Shown: piece by piece, positions 40,069-51,926 of the stretch
Numbering within the stretch: the stretch's first letter is position 1
How the letters are laid out: each line of letters opens with the position of its first letter
Assembly: GCF_964355755.1 (NCBI RefSeq)
Contig: NC_092672.1
Coordinates: 11,842,001-11,906,000 of the forward strand
Reading direction: 5' to 3'
From: Antedon mediterranea
Lineage: Eukaryota > Animalia > Echinodermata
Length of the DNA stretch: 64,000 nt
The notes under the pieces: generated by a model
Databases searched by the model: none
The model's input: the letters and a program-made list of their open reading frames with translations, nothing else
Told to the model about the DNA's origin: nothing
Position numbers and translations under genes: made by a program

Positions 40069-41520
40069 ATGAAGTTTCGAAGCTACATGTTGATTGTTAT
40101 TCCATTTTTGTACGAAGCATCTTCATTCACTGGATTCTTAAAACAGCCGTCAGACGAGAGCGTAGCTGAAGGTGAGCTGACATTTTTTAGTTGTATTGTA
40201 CAGAATCTTGATGGTGGTGAATACGTTTCCTGGTTGTATAATGCTCAGAAGATAAGCAAAAATGATATAATAACTAATAAAATGCTTACTACTCGCTACT
40301 CAATAGACTTTGATCCTGTATTTAAAAAATACAATTTGCAAATATATGACATCCATCGAAGCGATGAAGGACAATACACTTGTGCTGTTTATGATAAAAA
40401 TGAGATTATAGTAAAACAATCAAAAACAGCAAACTTTACCGTACTGCAAACTCCAGGACTAAATTATCCAATATGTACACTGAAAAAACAAACTTACATT
40501 GTTGGAGAAGCTGTTGTACTTGTCTGTATATCAGAAGTAACAAAGCCGTCAGCAACGTTATCATGGGTGAAATATGGTGACATTATTAAGGAAAAGGTTG
40601 TCAATGAAATGGTGAACGGAAATCATCAAACATCTTTTTCATTTACTGCAAGAAAGTCTGATAATAGAGCAATATTTATATGTGAATTGACAACACCAGC
40701 TAACCCATCGATTAGGCGAAATTGTTCAAGTGGGCCCTTCAACATTGTATACCCTCCTATAGTTCATATTCAACAAACAAGTGACGTCATTTTGGGCAAT
40801 GAAGGCATCTTTATTTGTTACAGTGATGCGAATCCACAGGAAACTACATTTGAATGGAGCTTTGATCCACCCATTGAAGAAAATATGTATTTGTTGGAAA
40901 GTGAAAGAATTTTAAGGATTGAAAATACAATAAGTAGTTTAAATGGGACAAGTGTCATATGTAAAGTTACTAATTCCATTGGAAGTGGATCTAGTAAATT
41001 AATATTGAAAATTAGAACGGAAGAAACTATTAATAATGTAGTTGAAACAAACAATGGAAAAGAAACCGACACGTCCGAAAAACCTCATGAAAGAAATAAG
41101 TCTAAGTCGAAGAATCAAAATTTAAACAACAATCAGCAGTTATTGCAGACTAACTCGCCAAACAACAACAGTACTGATGATATTTCAATTTCGTTGGTTG
41201 TCATAATTGCATTGGTATGCATTATAGTAATTCTAGGTTTGGCTATGATACCTGTTGGTTACATGAAATATACACGAAGACAACCCAGTGACACCATCAG
41301 TAGAGGAAGGCCTGTGTCATTACCTGATGTATATTTTGAACCTAGAGATCACATAGATCCTATGCTACCACAGTTAGGCTTAGCAGCTCCTTGGATGAAG
41401 ACAGTAGGAGTTCAAGTTCCTGGTGAATGTGAATATGATGTAACGTATAATACACAAGTTATGCCACAATTACGACAGGTGTACTATACACAACGGATGT
41501 ATCCTGCAGCTCCACTCTGA
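40069..41520 (+). CDS. Array copy 6 (singleton; C-terminus PAAPL)
   Basis: 483 aa intact ORF with the same Cys/Trp skeleton and tail. Confidence 0.93.
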   Translation: MKFRSYMLIVIPFLYEASSFTGFLKQPSDESVAEGELTFFSCIVQNLDGGEYVSWLYNAQKISKNDIITNKMLTTRYSIDFDPVFKKYNLQIYDIHRSDEGQYTCAVYDKNEIIVKQSKTANFTVLQTPGLNYPICTLKKQTYIVGEAVVLVCISEVTKPSATLSWVKYGDIIKEKVVNEMVNGNHQTSFSFTARKSDNRAIFICELTTPANPSIRRNCSSGPFNIVYPPIVHIQQTSDVILGNEGIFICYSDANPQETTFEWSFDPPIEENMYLLESERILRIENTISSLNGTSVICKVTNSIGSGSSKLILKIRTEETINNVVETNNGKETDTSEKPHERNKSKSKNQNLNNNQQLLQTNSPNNNSTDDISISLVVIIALVCIIVILGLAMIPVGYMKYTRRQPSDTISRGRPVSLPDVYFEPRDHIDPMLPQLGLAAPWMKTVGVQVPGECEYDVTYNTQVMPQLRQVYYTQRMYPAAPL

Positions 41521-41762
41521 ATACTCAATAACTAGCATTATACAGAAACCTGTAACACAATAACAAACTCATCAAGACATCTTGCAAAAAATAGTAATGT
41601 TCACCGTTGAATATTAAATGATAGTGGTTTTAGATGTTTACAAACTAAATATGTCGCTGAAATAAACAACCGAACTATGCTTTCCGATGTAAGGAAGACA
41701 ATCATTTGGAAAATCGTTTAAAGATTTAAACATACGTTAACATTATATTCTTGCAAATAATT

Positions 41763-43214
41763 ATGTTTTCAAAGTTATATTGTACTGTTTTGTTTATTCT
41801 CACATTATTTTTTCATGAAGCGATTTTATTTTCTGGATTTGTAAGTCAACCATCTGATGACAGTCGTGGAGAAGGTGAACGTGTATATTTTAACTGTATT
41901 GTTGAAACTCTCGACACCAACGAATACGTTTCTTGGTTACATAATAGACGTATAATAAGTAATAATGACGTCATTGTTCTGGACCAATATATGGATCGGT
42001 ACACTATAGATTTTGATTCAGACTTTGGAAAATACAATTTGAAAATCAGAAATATTCAGCGTATAGATAAAGGACAATATGAATGTGTTATATATGATAG
42101 CAATGAGAACGTTGTCAGTAAATCTTGGATTGCAAATTTAACAGTTTTAGAAATACCCCAAGGGTCTTACCCAATTTGTCAAAACACTAAAATGAGTTAT
42201 ATCGTTGGACAGCGCGTGCTTCTTGCATGTATATCTGAAACAATTTCTCCTCTTGCTCTTTTGAAATGGAAACAAAATGATATTGATATTTTGACAGGAA
42301 TAACCGAAGACACATCTAGTGGTAATTATAAAGTATCTTATTCATTTATTGCAAAACAATCAAACAATCGAGAAATATTTACATGCGAATTAACAACACC
42401 AGCAAATCCATCTATCAAAAGGAATTGTTCAATTGGACCCATCAACATTCTGTATGCTCCTGTTGTTCGTATTGAACAAACACGTGACGTCATTCTTGGC
42501 AATGAAGCGATCTTTCTTTGTTATAGTGATGCAAATCCACAAGAAACTACATTTGAATGGAGTTTTGACCCAGCAATTGATGAAACTTTGTATTTATTGG
42601 AAAATGAAATAATTTTGAGAATTAAAAATACAGTACGTAGTTTTAATGGGACAAGTGTTATATGTAAAGTTACTAATTCCATTGGAAGTGGATCTAATAA
42701 ATTGATAGTGAACGTAAAAACTAAAGAGTCCATACATATTGCTAATGGAAATAGTGTCAAAGACACAACACACTCTAAATATGACACACCAATCAAACAA
42801 AATAAAGATGCAAACAGCAATCAACAAATATTGCTTACTAAATCACCAACAAAGAACAACAGTAATAATACAGATATTTCAATATCTCTAGTTGTTATAA
42901 TTGCAGTGGTATGTATAATAGTGATTCTAGGGTTAGCATTGATACCCGTTGGTTACATGAGATATACACGGAGACAACCTAGTGACACCATAAGTAGAGG
43001 AAGACCTGTGTCAATACCTGATGTATACTTTGAACCTAGAGATCACATAGATCCTATGCTACCACAGTTAGGATTAGCAGCTCCATGGATGAGGACAGTA
43101 GGAGTTCAAGTTCCTGGTGAATGTGAATATGATGCCACATATAATACACAAGTTATGGCACAGCCACGACAGGTATACTATACACAACGGATGTACCCGG
43201 CATCTTCGTTGTAA
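41763..43214 (+). CDS. Array copy 7 (singleton; domains 2-3 resemble subfamily D)
   Basis: The ORF track starts at TTG 41751. The first in-frame ATG is 41763 (MFSKLYCTVLFILTLFF signal peptide). Confidence 0.9.
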   Translation: MFSKLYCTVLFILTLFFHEAILFSGFVSQPSDDSRGEGERVYFNCIVETLDTNEYVSWLHNRRIISNNDVIVLDQYMDRYTIDFDSDFGKYNLKIRNIQRIDKGQYECVIYDSNENVVSKSWIANLTVLEIPQGSYPICQNTKMSYIVGQRVLLACISETISPLALLKWKQNDIDILTGITEDTSSGNYKVSYSFIAKQSNNREIFTCELTTPANPSIKRNCSIGPINILYAPVVRIEQTRDVILGNEAIFLCYSDANPQETTFEWSFDPAIDETLYLLENEIILRIKNTVRSFNGTSVICKVTNSIGSGSNKLIVNVKTKESIHIANGNSVKDTTHSKYDTPIKQNKDANSNQQILLTKSPTKNNSNNTDISISLVVIIAVVCIIVILGLALIPVGYMRYTRRQPSDTISRGRPVSIPDVYFEPRDHIDPMLPQLGLAAPWMRTVGVQVPGECEYDATYNTQVMAQPRQVYYTQRMYPASSL

Positions 43215-43546
43215 TGGTTGTTGTTCAAGATATAATAACACAAATTTAATATTCCTCGTAAATGTGAGATGCCACACGTAAAATTACTCTCAAAGAATGT
43301 ATCCAGCAGTTTTAATTTTAACATTAATAAGTTGATTTTCATATAAACCTGTAACACAATAACAATCTTATCTGGACACATAATATTAAACAATTACATC
43401 ATCAATATTCAACGTATTCTTAATTTTTACTTAATTCTATGCAGTTTGATATACCATGTATTGTTTGAACCAACTAGACTACATAACTTATAAACTTGCT
43501 TCAATAACGGCGTAGCAGTCAAATCAATGGATAATGATATTTAAGC

Positions 43547-45025
43547 ATGGCACTAAACATTTTTTATAAACTCTTCTGTACTCCTTTACTGTTGCTTACA
43601 TTTGTTTTATATGAAGTGATTTCTTTTTCTGGTTTTCAAATTGAACCGTCGGATATTAGTCAGGCAGAAGGTGAGCTGGTGTATTTCACATGTATTGTTC
43701 GAAAACTTGATGATAGTGAATATGTTTCATGGTTACATAATGGACACAAGATAAGTAATAATGGCGTGATTATCACCAATGCATACTCTCATTATTCAAT
43801 GGATTTTGATTCAGCATTTGGTTCATACAATTTAAGAATTCAAAACGTACAACGGAGAGATAAAGGAGGATATACATGTACCGTTTATGATAGCAACGAT
43901 CATCAAATTGTAGAGAAATCGAGGACAGCTAATTTTACAGTTTTAGAAATTCCTCAACAACAATATCCGATTTGTACTTCGACTCAAACGAGTTATCGTG
44001 TTGGTCAGAGTGTTGTTCTTGACTGTATTTCGGAAAAGACCACTCCTCCAGCTTTGTTAAGATGGGTACATAATACTAGAGTTAGTGAATCAGGATTACA
44101 AGAATCGTTAAATGGTAATTATGAAAAGTCTTATTTATTTACTGCAAAACAATCTGATAACAGAGAAATATTTACATGTGAATTAACAACATCAGCAAAT
44201 CCGTCATTATATAGGAATTGTTCAATTGGTCCTCTTGATGTTTTATATGCTCCTACTGTTCGAATTGAACAAACACGTGACGTCATTCTTGGTAATGAAG
44301 CCATCTTTATTTGTTATAGTGATGCAAATCCACAAGAAACTACGTTTGAATGGAGCTTTGATCCACCTATTAGTGAAAATATGTTTGTGTTGGAAAATGA
44401 CATAATTTTGAGAATTAAAAATACAGTAAGTAGTTTAAATGGAACAAGTGTCATATGTAAAGTTACTAATTCGATTGGAAGTGAATCTAGTAAATTGATA
44501 GTGAACGTAAAATTGAAAGAATCTATTTATAATATAGTTGAAACGAACAATGGAAAAGAAACGACAAAGTCTGAAAAACCAAATGAAAGAAACGACAATA
44601 AACCGACAAATCAAAATACAAACAGCAATCAAAACATATTGCATACAAGATCGCCAAATAACAGCAACAACAACAGCAGTACTGATATTTCAATTTCGTT
44701 GGTTGTCATAATTGCATTGGTATGCATTATAGTTATTCTAGGGTTGGCATTGATACCTGTTGGTTACATGAAATATACACGTAGACAACATAGTGACACC
44801 ATCAGTAGAGGAAGACCTGTGTCAATACCTGATGTATACTTTGAACCCAGAGATCATATAGATCCTATGCTACCACAGTTAGGCTTAGCAATTCCATGGA
44901 TGAGGACAGTAGGAGTTCAAGTTCCTGGTGAATGTGAATATGATGCCACATATAATACACAAGTTATGCCACAGCCACGACAGGTATACTATACACAACG
45001 GATGTACCCGGCATCTTCGTTGTAA
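43547..45025 (+). CDS. Array copy 8 (subfamily C body, distinct N-terminus resembling copy 7)
   Basis: 492 aa intact ORF; EIPQQQYPIC linker typical of copies 8-14. Confidence 0.93.
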   Translation: MALNIFYKLFCTPLLLLTFVLYEVISFSGFQIEPSDISQAEGELVYFTCIVRKLDDSEYVSWLHNGHKISNNGVIITNAYSHYSMDFDSAFGSYNLRIQNVQRRDKGGYTCTVYDSNDHQIVEKSRTANFTVLEIPQQQYPICTSTQTSYRVGQSVVLDCISEKTTPPALLRWVHNTRVSESGLQESLNGNYEKSYLFTAKQSDNREIFTCELTTSANPSLYRNCSIGPLDVLYAPTVRIEQTRDVILGNEAIFICYSDANPQETTFEWSFDPPISENMFVLENDIILRIKNTVSSLNGTSVICKVTNSIGSESSKLIVNVKLKESIYNIVETNNGKETTKSEKPNERNDNKPTNQNTNSNQNILHTRSPNNSNNNSSTDISISLVVIIALVCIIVILGLALIPVGYMKYTRRQHSDTISRGRPVSIPDVYFEPRDHIDPMLPQLGLAIPWMRTVGVQVPGECEYDATYNTQVMPQPRQVYYTQRMYPASSL

Positions 45026-45208
45026 TGATTGCTGTTCAGAACAAATAACACAACTTTTAAAATGATTTGCCATGTTGCAATACCATTGTAAATAGATCAT
45101 AAATATTCATATTTGTATATCGTGACCAATACACTGTATGCTGATATGTCTGACTTCTTTTCTCAAGTATGTTGTAACATTTGGATAATATAGATTGAAT
45201 ATGACATC

Positions 45209-46675
45209 ATGTACACATTAGGTTTTGGAAAAGCTTTTGGTACTTGGATATATTTGTATATATTGATTTTGCATAGAACTTATTCATTCTCAGGATTCAT
45301 AAAAGAGCCATTGGATGAGAATCAAGCGGAGGGTGATTTAACATATTTCAATTGTATTGTACGAGAACTTGATGAAACTCAATATGTTTCTTGGTTACAC
45401 AATGGACGCAAGATAAGTAAAAATGGCGAAATTATTATACATACATACGCATATTATTCCATTGATTATGATTCAGCATTTGGTACGTGCAACTTGAGAA
45501 TTCAAAATGTACAACGGAGAGATAAAGGAGGATATACATGTACTGTTTATGATAGCAACGATCAAATTGTAGAGACATCGAGGACAGCTAATTTTACCGT
45601 TTTAGAAATTCCTCAACAGCAATATCCGATTTGTTCTTCGACTCAAACGAGTTATCGTGTTGGCCAATATGTTGTTCTTAACTGTATTTCGGAAAAGACC
45701 ACACCTCCAGCATTGTTAAGATGGGTACATAATATTGGAGGTAGTGAATCAGGATTAAAAGAATCGTTAACTGGTAATTATGGAAACTCTTATTCGTTTA
45801 TTGCAAAACAATCGGACAACAGAGCAATATATACATGTGAATTAACAACATCAGCAAATCCGTCATTATATAGGAATTGTTCAATTGGTCCTCTCGATGT
45901 TTTATATCCCCCTATTGTTCGTATCCAACAAACACGTGATGTCATTCTTGGTAATGAAGCCATCTTTATTTGTTATAGTGATGCAAATCCACAAGAAACT
46001 ACGTTTGAATGGAGCTTTGATCCACCTATTAGTGAAAATATATTTGTGTTGGAAAATGACATAATTTTGAGAATTAAAAATACAATAAATCGTTTAAATG
46101 GGACAAGTGTCATATGTACAGTTACTAATTCCATTGGAAGTGGATCTAGTAAATTTATAGTGAACGTAAAATTGAAGGAACCTATTAATAATGTAGTTGA
46201 AACAAACAGTGGAAAAGAAACGAAAAAGTCGGAAAAAATAACTGAAAGAAACGAAAATAAACCGAAAAATAAAAATTCTAACAGCAATCAACAACTATTG
46301 CAGACAAGATCACCAAACAACAGCAGTACAGATATTTCAATTTCATTGGTTGTCATAATTGCATTGGTCTGTATCATAGTAATTATAGGTGTGGCTATGA
46401 TACCTGTTGGTTACATGAAATATACACGTAGACAACCTATTGACACAATAAGTAGAAGAAGACCTGTGTCAATTCCTGATGTATACTTTGAACCTAGAGA
46501 TCACATAGATCCTATGCTACCACAATTAGGCTTAGCAGTTCCATGGATGAGGACAGTAGGAGTTCAAGTTCCTGGTGAATGTGAATATGATGCCACATAT
46601 AATACACAAGTTATGCCACAGCCACGCCAGGTATACTATACACAACGGATGTACCCGGCATCTTCCTTGCAATGA
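45209..46675 (+). CDS. Array copy 9 (subfamily C; C-terminus extended to SSLQ)
   Basis: 488 aa. The usual TAA is CAA and the next codon TGA terminates. Confidence 0.93.
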   Translation: MYTLGFGKAFGTWIYLYILILHRTYSFSGFIKEPLDENQAEGDLTYFNCIVRELDETQYVSWLHNGRKISKNGEIIIHTYAYYSIDYDSAFGTCNLRIQNVQRRDKGGYTCTVYDSNDQIVETSRTANFTVLEIPQQQYPICSSTQTSYRVGQYVVLNCISEKTTPPALLRWVHNIGGSESGLKESLTGNYGNSYSFIAKQSDNRAIYTCELTTSANPSLYRNCSIGPLDVLYPPIVRIQQTRDVILGNEAIFICYSDANPQETTFEWSFDPPISENIFVLENDIILRIKNTINRLNGTSVICTVTNSIGSGSSKFIVNVKLKEPINNVVETNSGKETKKSEKITERNENKPKNKNSNSNQQLLQTRSPNNSSTDISISLVVIIALVCIIVIIGVAMIPVGYMKYTRRQPIDTISRRRPVSIPDVYFEPRDHIDPMLPQLGLAVPWMRTVGVQVPGECEYDATYNTQVMPQPRQVYYTQRMYPASSLQ

Positions 46676-46885
46676 TTGCTTTTCAGAACAAATAACACAA
46701 CTTTAAAATTATTTGCCATGTTGCAATACCATTGTAAATAGATCATACATATTCATGTTATCTTTATACATATGCATAATATGTAATGTATATATATCGT
46801 GATCAATACACTGTATGCTGGTATGTCTGACTTGTTTTTTCAAGTATGTTGTAACATTTTAATACTATAATTTGACAATGACATC

Positions 46886-48358
46886 ATGTACACCTTAGGT
46901 TTCAGAACAACTATTGGTACTTGGATATTCTTTTATATATTGATGTTGCATAGAACTTATTCCTTCTCAAGATTCATAAAAGAGCCATTGGATGAGAATC
47001 AAGCGGAGGGTGATTTAACATATTTCAATTGTATTGTACGAGAACTTGATGAAACTCAATATGTTTCTTGGTTACACAATGGACGCAAGATAAGTAAAAA
47101 TGGCGTTATTATCATCAATACATACTCTCATTATTCAATTGATTATGATTCAACATTTGGTAAATGTAACTTAAAAATTCAAAATATAAAACGAAGCGAT
47201 CAAGGGGAATTTGTATGTACCGTTTACGATAGCAACGATTGGATTGTAGACAAATCGAGAACAGCTAATTTTACAGTTTTAGAAATTCCTCAACAACAAT
47301 ATCCAATTTGTTCTTCGACTAAAACGAGTTATCGTGTTGGCCAAAGAGTTGTTCTTCAATGTATTTCGGAAAAGACCACTCCTTTAGCTTTGTTAAAATG
47401 GGTAAATAATATTGGAGGAAGTGAATCAGGATTAAAAGAATCATTAAGTGGTAATTATGAAAAGACTTATTCATTTACTGCAAAACAATCTGATAACAGA
47501 GAAATATTTACATGTGAATTAACAACATCAGCAAATCCGTCATTATATAGGAATTGTTCAATTGGTCCTCTTGATGTTTTGTATGCTCCTGTTGTTCGAA
47601 TTGAACAAACACGTGACGTCATTCTTGGTAATGAAGCCATCTTTATTTGTTATAGTGATGCAAATCCACAAGAAACTACGTTTGAATGGAGCTTTGATCC
47701 ACCTATTAGTGAAAATATATTTGTGTTGGAAAATGACATAATTTTGAGAATTAAAAATACAATAAATCGTTTAAATGGGACAAGTGTCATATGTACAGTT
47801 ACTAATTCCATTGGAAGTGGATCTAGTAAATTGATAATAAACGTAAAATCGAAAGAATCTACTAATAATGTAGTTGAAACAAACAATGCAAAAGAAACGA
47901 AAAAGTTTGAAAAACCAAATGAAAGAAACAAAAATAAATCGAAAAATCAAAACTCTAACAGCAATCAACCACTATTGCAGACTAGAACGCCAAACAACAA
48001 CAACAACAGCAGTAATTATATTTCAATTTCTCTCGTTGTGATAATTGCATTGGTGTGTATCATAGTAATTCTAGGGTTGGCTATGATACCTGTTGGTTAC
48101 ATGAGATATACTCGTAGACAACCCAGTGACACCATCAGTAGAGGAAGACCTGTGTCAATACCTGATGTATACTTTGAACCTAGAGATCACATATATCCTA
48201 TGCTACCACAATTAGGCTTAGCAGCTCCATGGATGAGGACAGTAGGAGTTCAAGTTCCTGGTGAATGTGAATATGATGCCACATATAATACACAAGTTAT
48301 GCCACAATCACGACAGGTGTACTATACACAACGGATGTACCCGGCATCTTCGTTGTAA
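46886..48358 (+). CDS. Array copy 10 (subfamily C)
   Basis: 490 aa intact ORF. Confidence 0.93.
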   Translation: MYTLGFRTTIGTWIFFYILMLHRTYSFSRFIKEPLDENQAEGDLTYFNCIVRELDETQYVSWLHNGRKISKNGVIIINTYSHYSIDYDSTFGKCNLKIQNIKRSDQGEFVCTVYDSNDWIVDKSRTANFTVLEIPQQQYPICSSTKTSYRVGQRVVLQCISEKTTPLALLKWVNNIGGSESGLKESLSGNYEKTYSFTAKQSDNREIFTCELTTSANPSLYRNCSIGPLDVLYAPVVRIEQTRDVILGNEAIFICYSDANPQETTFEWSFDPPISENIFVLENDIILRIKNTINRLNGTSVICTVTNSIGSGSSKLIINVKSKESTNNVVETNNAKETKKFEKPNERNKNKSKNQNSNSNQPLLQTRTPNNNNNSSNYISISLVVIIALVCIIVILGLAMIPVGYMRYTRRQPSDTISRGRPVSIPDVYFEPRDHIYPMLPQLGLAAPWMRTVGVQVPGECEYDATYNTQVMPQSRQVYYTQRMYPASSL

Positions 48359-48567
48359 AGATTGCTGTTTAAGAACAAATAACACAACTTTTTAAATGAT
48401 TTGCCATGTTGTAATACCATTGTAAATAGATCATAAATATTCATGTTATAATTATACATATACAGAATATGTAATGTATATTGTGACCAATACACTCTAT
48501 GCTGGTATGTTGACTTGTTTTCTCAAGTATGTTGTGACATTTGGATAATATACTTCGAAATGACATC

Positions 48568-50037
48568 ATGTACAACTTAGGTACTGGAAAAACTGTTGGT
48601 ACTTGGATATTCTTCTATATTTTGATGTTGCAGAGAACTTATTCCTTCTCAGGATTCATAAAGGAGCCTTTGGATGAGAATCAAGCGGAGGGTGATTTGA
48701 CATTTTTTACTTGCATTGTACGAGAACTTGATGAAACTCAATATGTTTCCTGGTTACATAATGGACACAAGATAAGTAAAAATGGCGAAATTATTTTAAA
48801 TACATACGCACATTATTCTATTGATTTTGATTCAGCATTTGGTTCATACAACTTAAGAATTCAAAATGTACAACGGAGAGATAAAGGAGGATATATATGT
48901 AGCGTTTATAATAGCTATGATCAGATTGTAGAGAAGTCGAGGACAGCTAATTTTACAGTTTTAGAAATTCCTCAACAACAATATCCGATTTGTTCTTCGA
49001 CTAAAATGAGCTATCGTGTGGGTCAAAATGTTGTTCTTAACTGTATTTCGGAAAAGACCACTCCTCTAGGTTCGTTAAGATGGGTAAATACTATTGGAGG
49101 TAGTGAATCAGGATTAAAAGAATCATTAAGTGGTAATTATGAAAAGACTTATTCATTTACTGCAAAACAATCTGATAACAGAGAAATATTTACATGTGAA
49201 TTAACAACATCAGCAAATCCGTCATTATATAGGAATTGTTCAATTGGTCCTCTTGATGTTTTGTATGCTCCTGTTGTTCGTATCCAACAAACACGTGACG
49301 TCATTCTTGGTAATGAAGCCATCTTTATTTGTTATAGTGATGCAAATCCACAAGAAACTACGTTTGAATGGAGCTTTGATCCACCTATTAGTGAAAATAT
49401 GTTTGTGTTGGAAAATGACATAATTTTGAGAATTAAAAATACACTAAGTAGTTTAAATGGGACAAGTGTCTTATGTAAAGTTACTAATTCGATTGGAAGT
49501 GGATCTAGTAAATTGATAGTAAACGTAAAATCGAAAGAATATATAAATAATGTTGTTGAAACAAACAATGGAAAAGAAACGAAAAAGTCTGAAAAAATAA
49601 ATGAAAGAAACGAAAATAAGCCGAAAAATCAAAATTCTAACAGCAATCAACAACTATTACAGACTCCGTCGCCAAACAACAAAAGCAGAAGTACTGATAT
49701 TTCAATTTCGTTGGTTGTGATAATTGCATTAGGATGTATCGTAGTAATTCTAGGGTTGGCATTGATACCTGTTGGTTACATGAGATATACTCGTAGACAA
49801 CCCAGTGACACCATCAATAGAGGAAGACCTGTGTCAATACCTGATGTATACTTTGAACCTAGAGATCACATAGATCCTATGCTACCACAGTTAGGATTAG
49901 CAGCTCCATGGATGAGGACAGTAGGAGTTCAAGTTCCTGGTGAATGTGAATATGATGCCACATATAATACACAAGTTATGCCCCAGCCACGACAGGTATA
50001 CTATACACAACGGATGTACCCGGCATCTTCGTTGTAA
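48568..50037 (+). CDS. Array copy 11 (subfamily C)
   Basis: The ORF track starts at TTG 48541. The ATG homologous to the neighbours (gacatcATGtac) is 48568. Confidence 0.9.
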   Translation: MYNLGTGKTVGTWIFFYILMLQRTYSFSGFIKEPLDENQAEGDLTFFTCIVRELDETQYVSWLHNGHKISKNGEIILNTYAHYSIDFDSAFGSYNLRIQNVQRRDKGGYICSVYNSYDQIVEKSRTANFTVLEIPQQQYPICSSTKMSYRVGQNVVLNCISEKTTPLGSLRWVNTIGGSESGLKESLSGNYEKTYSFTAKQSDNREIFTCELTTSANPSLYRNCSIGPLDVLYAPVVRIQQTRDVILGNEAIFICYSDANPQETTFEWSFDPPISENMFVLENDIILRIKNTLSSLNGTSVLCKVTNSIGSGSSKLIVNVKSKEYINNVVETNNGKETKKSEKINERNENKPKNQNSNSNQQLLQTPSPNNKSRSTDISISLVVIIALGCIVVILGLALIPVGYMRYTRRQPSDTINRGRPVSIPDVYFEPRDHIDPMLPQLGLAAPWMRTVGVQVPGECEYDATYNTQVMPQPRQVYYTQRMYPASSL

Positions 50038-50250
50038 TGATTGTTGTTTCAGAACAAATAACACAACTTTTAAAATGATTTGCCATGTTTCAATACAATT
50101 GTAAATACATCATAAATATTCATGTTATATTTATGCACACACAGAATAAGTAATTTATATCGTGATACACTGTATGCTGGTATGTTCGACTTCTTTTTTC
50201 TCAAGTAAGTTGTAACAATTATGTAATAATATACTTTAAACAATGACATC

Positions 50251-51708
50251 ATGCTAGGTATTGGAACAACTGTTGGTACTTGGGTATTTTTTCACATGTT
50301 TATGTTGCAGAGAACTTATTCCTTCTCAGGATTCATAAAAGAGCCATTGGATGAGAATCAAGCCGAGGGTGATTTAACATATTTTACTTGTATTGTACGA
50401 GAACTTGATGAAACTCAATATGTTTCTTGGTTACACAATGGACGCAAGATAAGTAAAAATGGCGAAATTATTATAAATACATACGCACATTATTCAATAG
50501 AATTTGATTCAGCATTTGGTTCATACAACTTGAGAATTCAAAACGTACAGCGGAGAGATACAGGAAGATATACATGTACCGTTTATGATAGTAACGATCA
50601 AATTGTAGAGAAATCGAGGACAGCTAATTTTACCGTTTTAGAAATTCCTCAACAACAATATCCGATTTGTTCTTCGACTAAAACGAGTTATCGTGTTGGC
50701 CAATACGTTGTTCTTAACTGTATTTCGGAAAAGACCACACCTCCAGCATTGTTAAGATGGGTACACAATATTGGAGGTAGTGAATCAGGATTAAAAGAAT
50801 CGTCAACTGGTAATTATGAAAAATCTTATTCGTTTATTGCAAAACAGTCTGACAATAGAGCGATATTTACATGTGAATTAACAACATCAGCAAATCCGTC
50901 TATAGAAAGGAATTGTACAATTGGTGCTCTTGATGTTTTATATCCTCCTATTGTTCGTATCCAACAAACACGTGACGTCATTCTTGGTAATGAAGCCATC
51001 TTTATTTGTTATAGTGATGCAAATCCTCAAGAAACTACGTTTGAATGGAGCTTTGATCCACCTATTAGTGAAAATATTTTTGTGTTGGAAAATGACATAA
51101 TTTTGAGAATTAAAAATACTATCAGTAGTTTAAATGGGACAAGTGTCATATGTAAAGTTACTAATTCGATTGGAAGTGGATCTAGTAAATTGATAGTGAA
51201 CGTAAAATTGAAAGAATCTATTAATAATGTAGTTGAAACGAACAATGGAAAAGAAACGAAAAAATCTGAAAAACCAAATGAAAGAAACAAAAATAAATCG
51301 AACAATCAAAACTATAACAGCAATCAACAACTATTGCAGACAAGATCGCCAAACAATAAAAACAACAGCAGTACTGATATTTCAATTTCTCTCGTTGTCA
51401 TAATTGCATTGGTGTGTATCGTATTAATTCTAGGGTTGGCTATGATACCTGTTGGTTACATGAGATATACACGTAGTGACACCATCAATAGAGGAAGACC
51501 TGTGTCAATACCTGATGTATACTTTGAACCTAGAGATCACATAGATCCTATGCTACCACAGTTAGGCTTACCAGCTCCATGGATGAGGACAGTAGGAGTT
51601 CAAGTTCCTGGTGAATGTGAATCTGATGCCACATATAATACACAAGTTATGCCACAACCACGACAGGTATACTATACACAACGGATGTACCCGGCATCTT
51701 CGTTGTAA
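50251..51708 (+). CDS. Array copy 12 (subfamily C; 3-aa juxtamembrane deletion, Tyr-to-Ser change in tail)
   Basis: 485 aa intact ORF; YTRSDT instead of YTRRQPSDT, and ECESDAT. Confidence 0.93.
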   Translation: MLGIGTTVGTWVFFHMFMLQRTYSFSGFIKEPLDENQAEGDLTYFTCIVRELDETQYVSWLHNGRKISKNGEIIINTYAHYSIEFDSAFGSYNLRIQNVQRRDTGRYTCTVYDSNDQIVEKSRTANFTVLEIPQQQYPICSSTKTSYRVGQYVVLNCISEKTTPPALLRWVHNIGGSESGLKESSTGNYEKSYSFIAKQSDNRAIFTCELTTSANPSIERNCTIGALDVLYPPIVRIQQTRDVILGNEAIFICYSDANPQETTFEWSFDPPISENIFVLENDIILRIKNTISSLNGTSVICKVTNSIGSGSSKLIVNVKLKESINNVVETNNGKETKKSEKPNERNKNKSNNQNYNSNQQLLQTRSPNNKNNSSTDISISLVVIIALVCIVLILGLAMIPVGYMRYTRSDTINRGRPVSIPDVYFEPRDHIDPMLPQLGLPAPWMRTVGVQVPGECESDATYNTQVMPQPRQVYYTQRMYPASSL

Positions 51709-51926
51709 TGATTGCTGTTTCAGAACAAATAACACAACTTTTTAAATGATTTGCCATGTTGCTATACCATTGTAAATAGATCATAAATATTCATGTTATA
51801 ATTATGCACACGCAGAATAAGTAATTTATATCGTGATCAATACATTGTATGCTGGTATGTTCGACTTCTTTTTTTCTCAAGTAAGTTGTAACATTTATGT
51901 AATTATATACTTTAAACAATGACATC

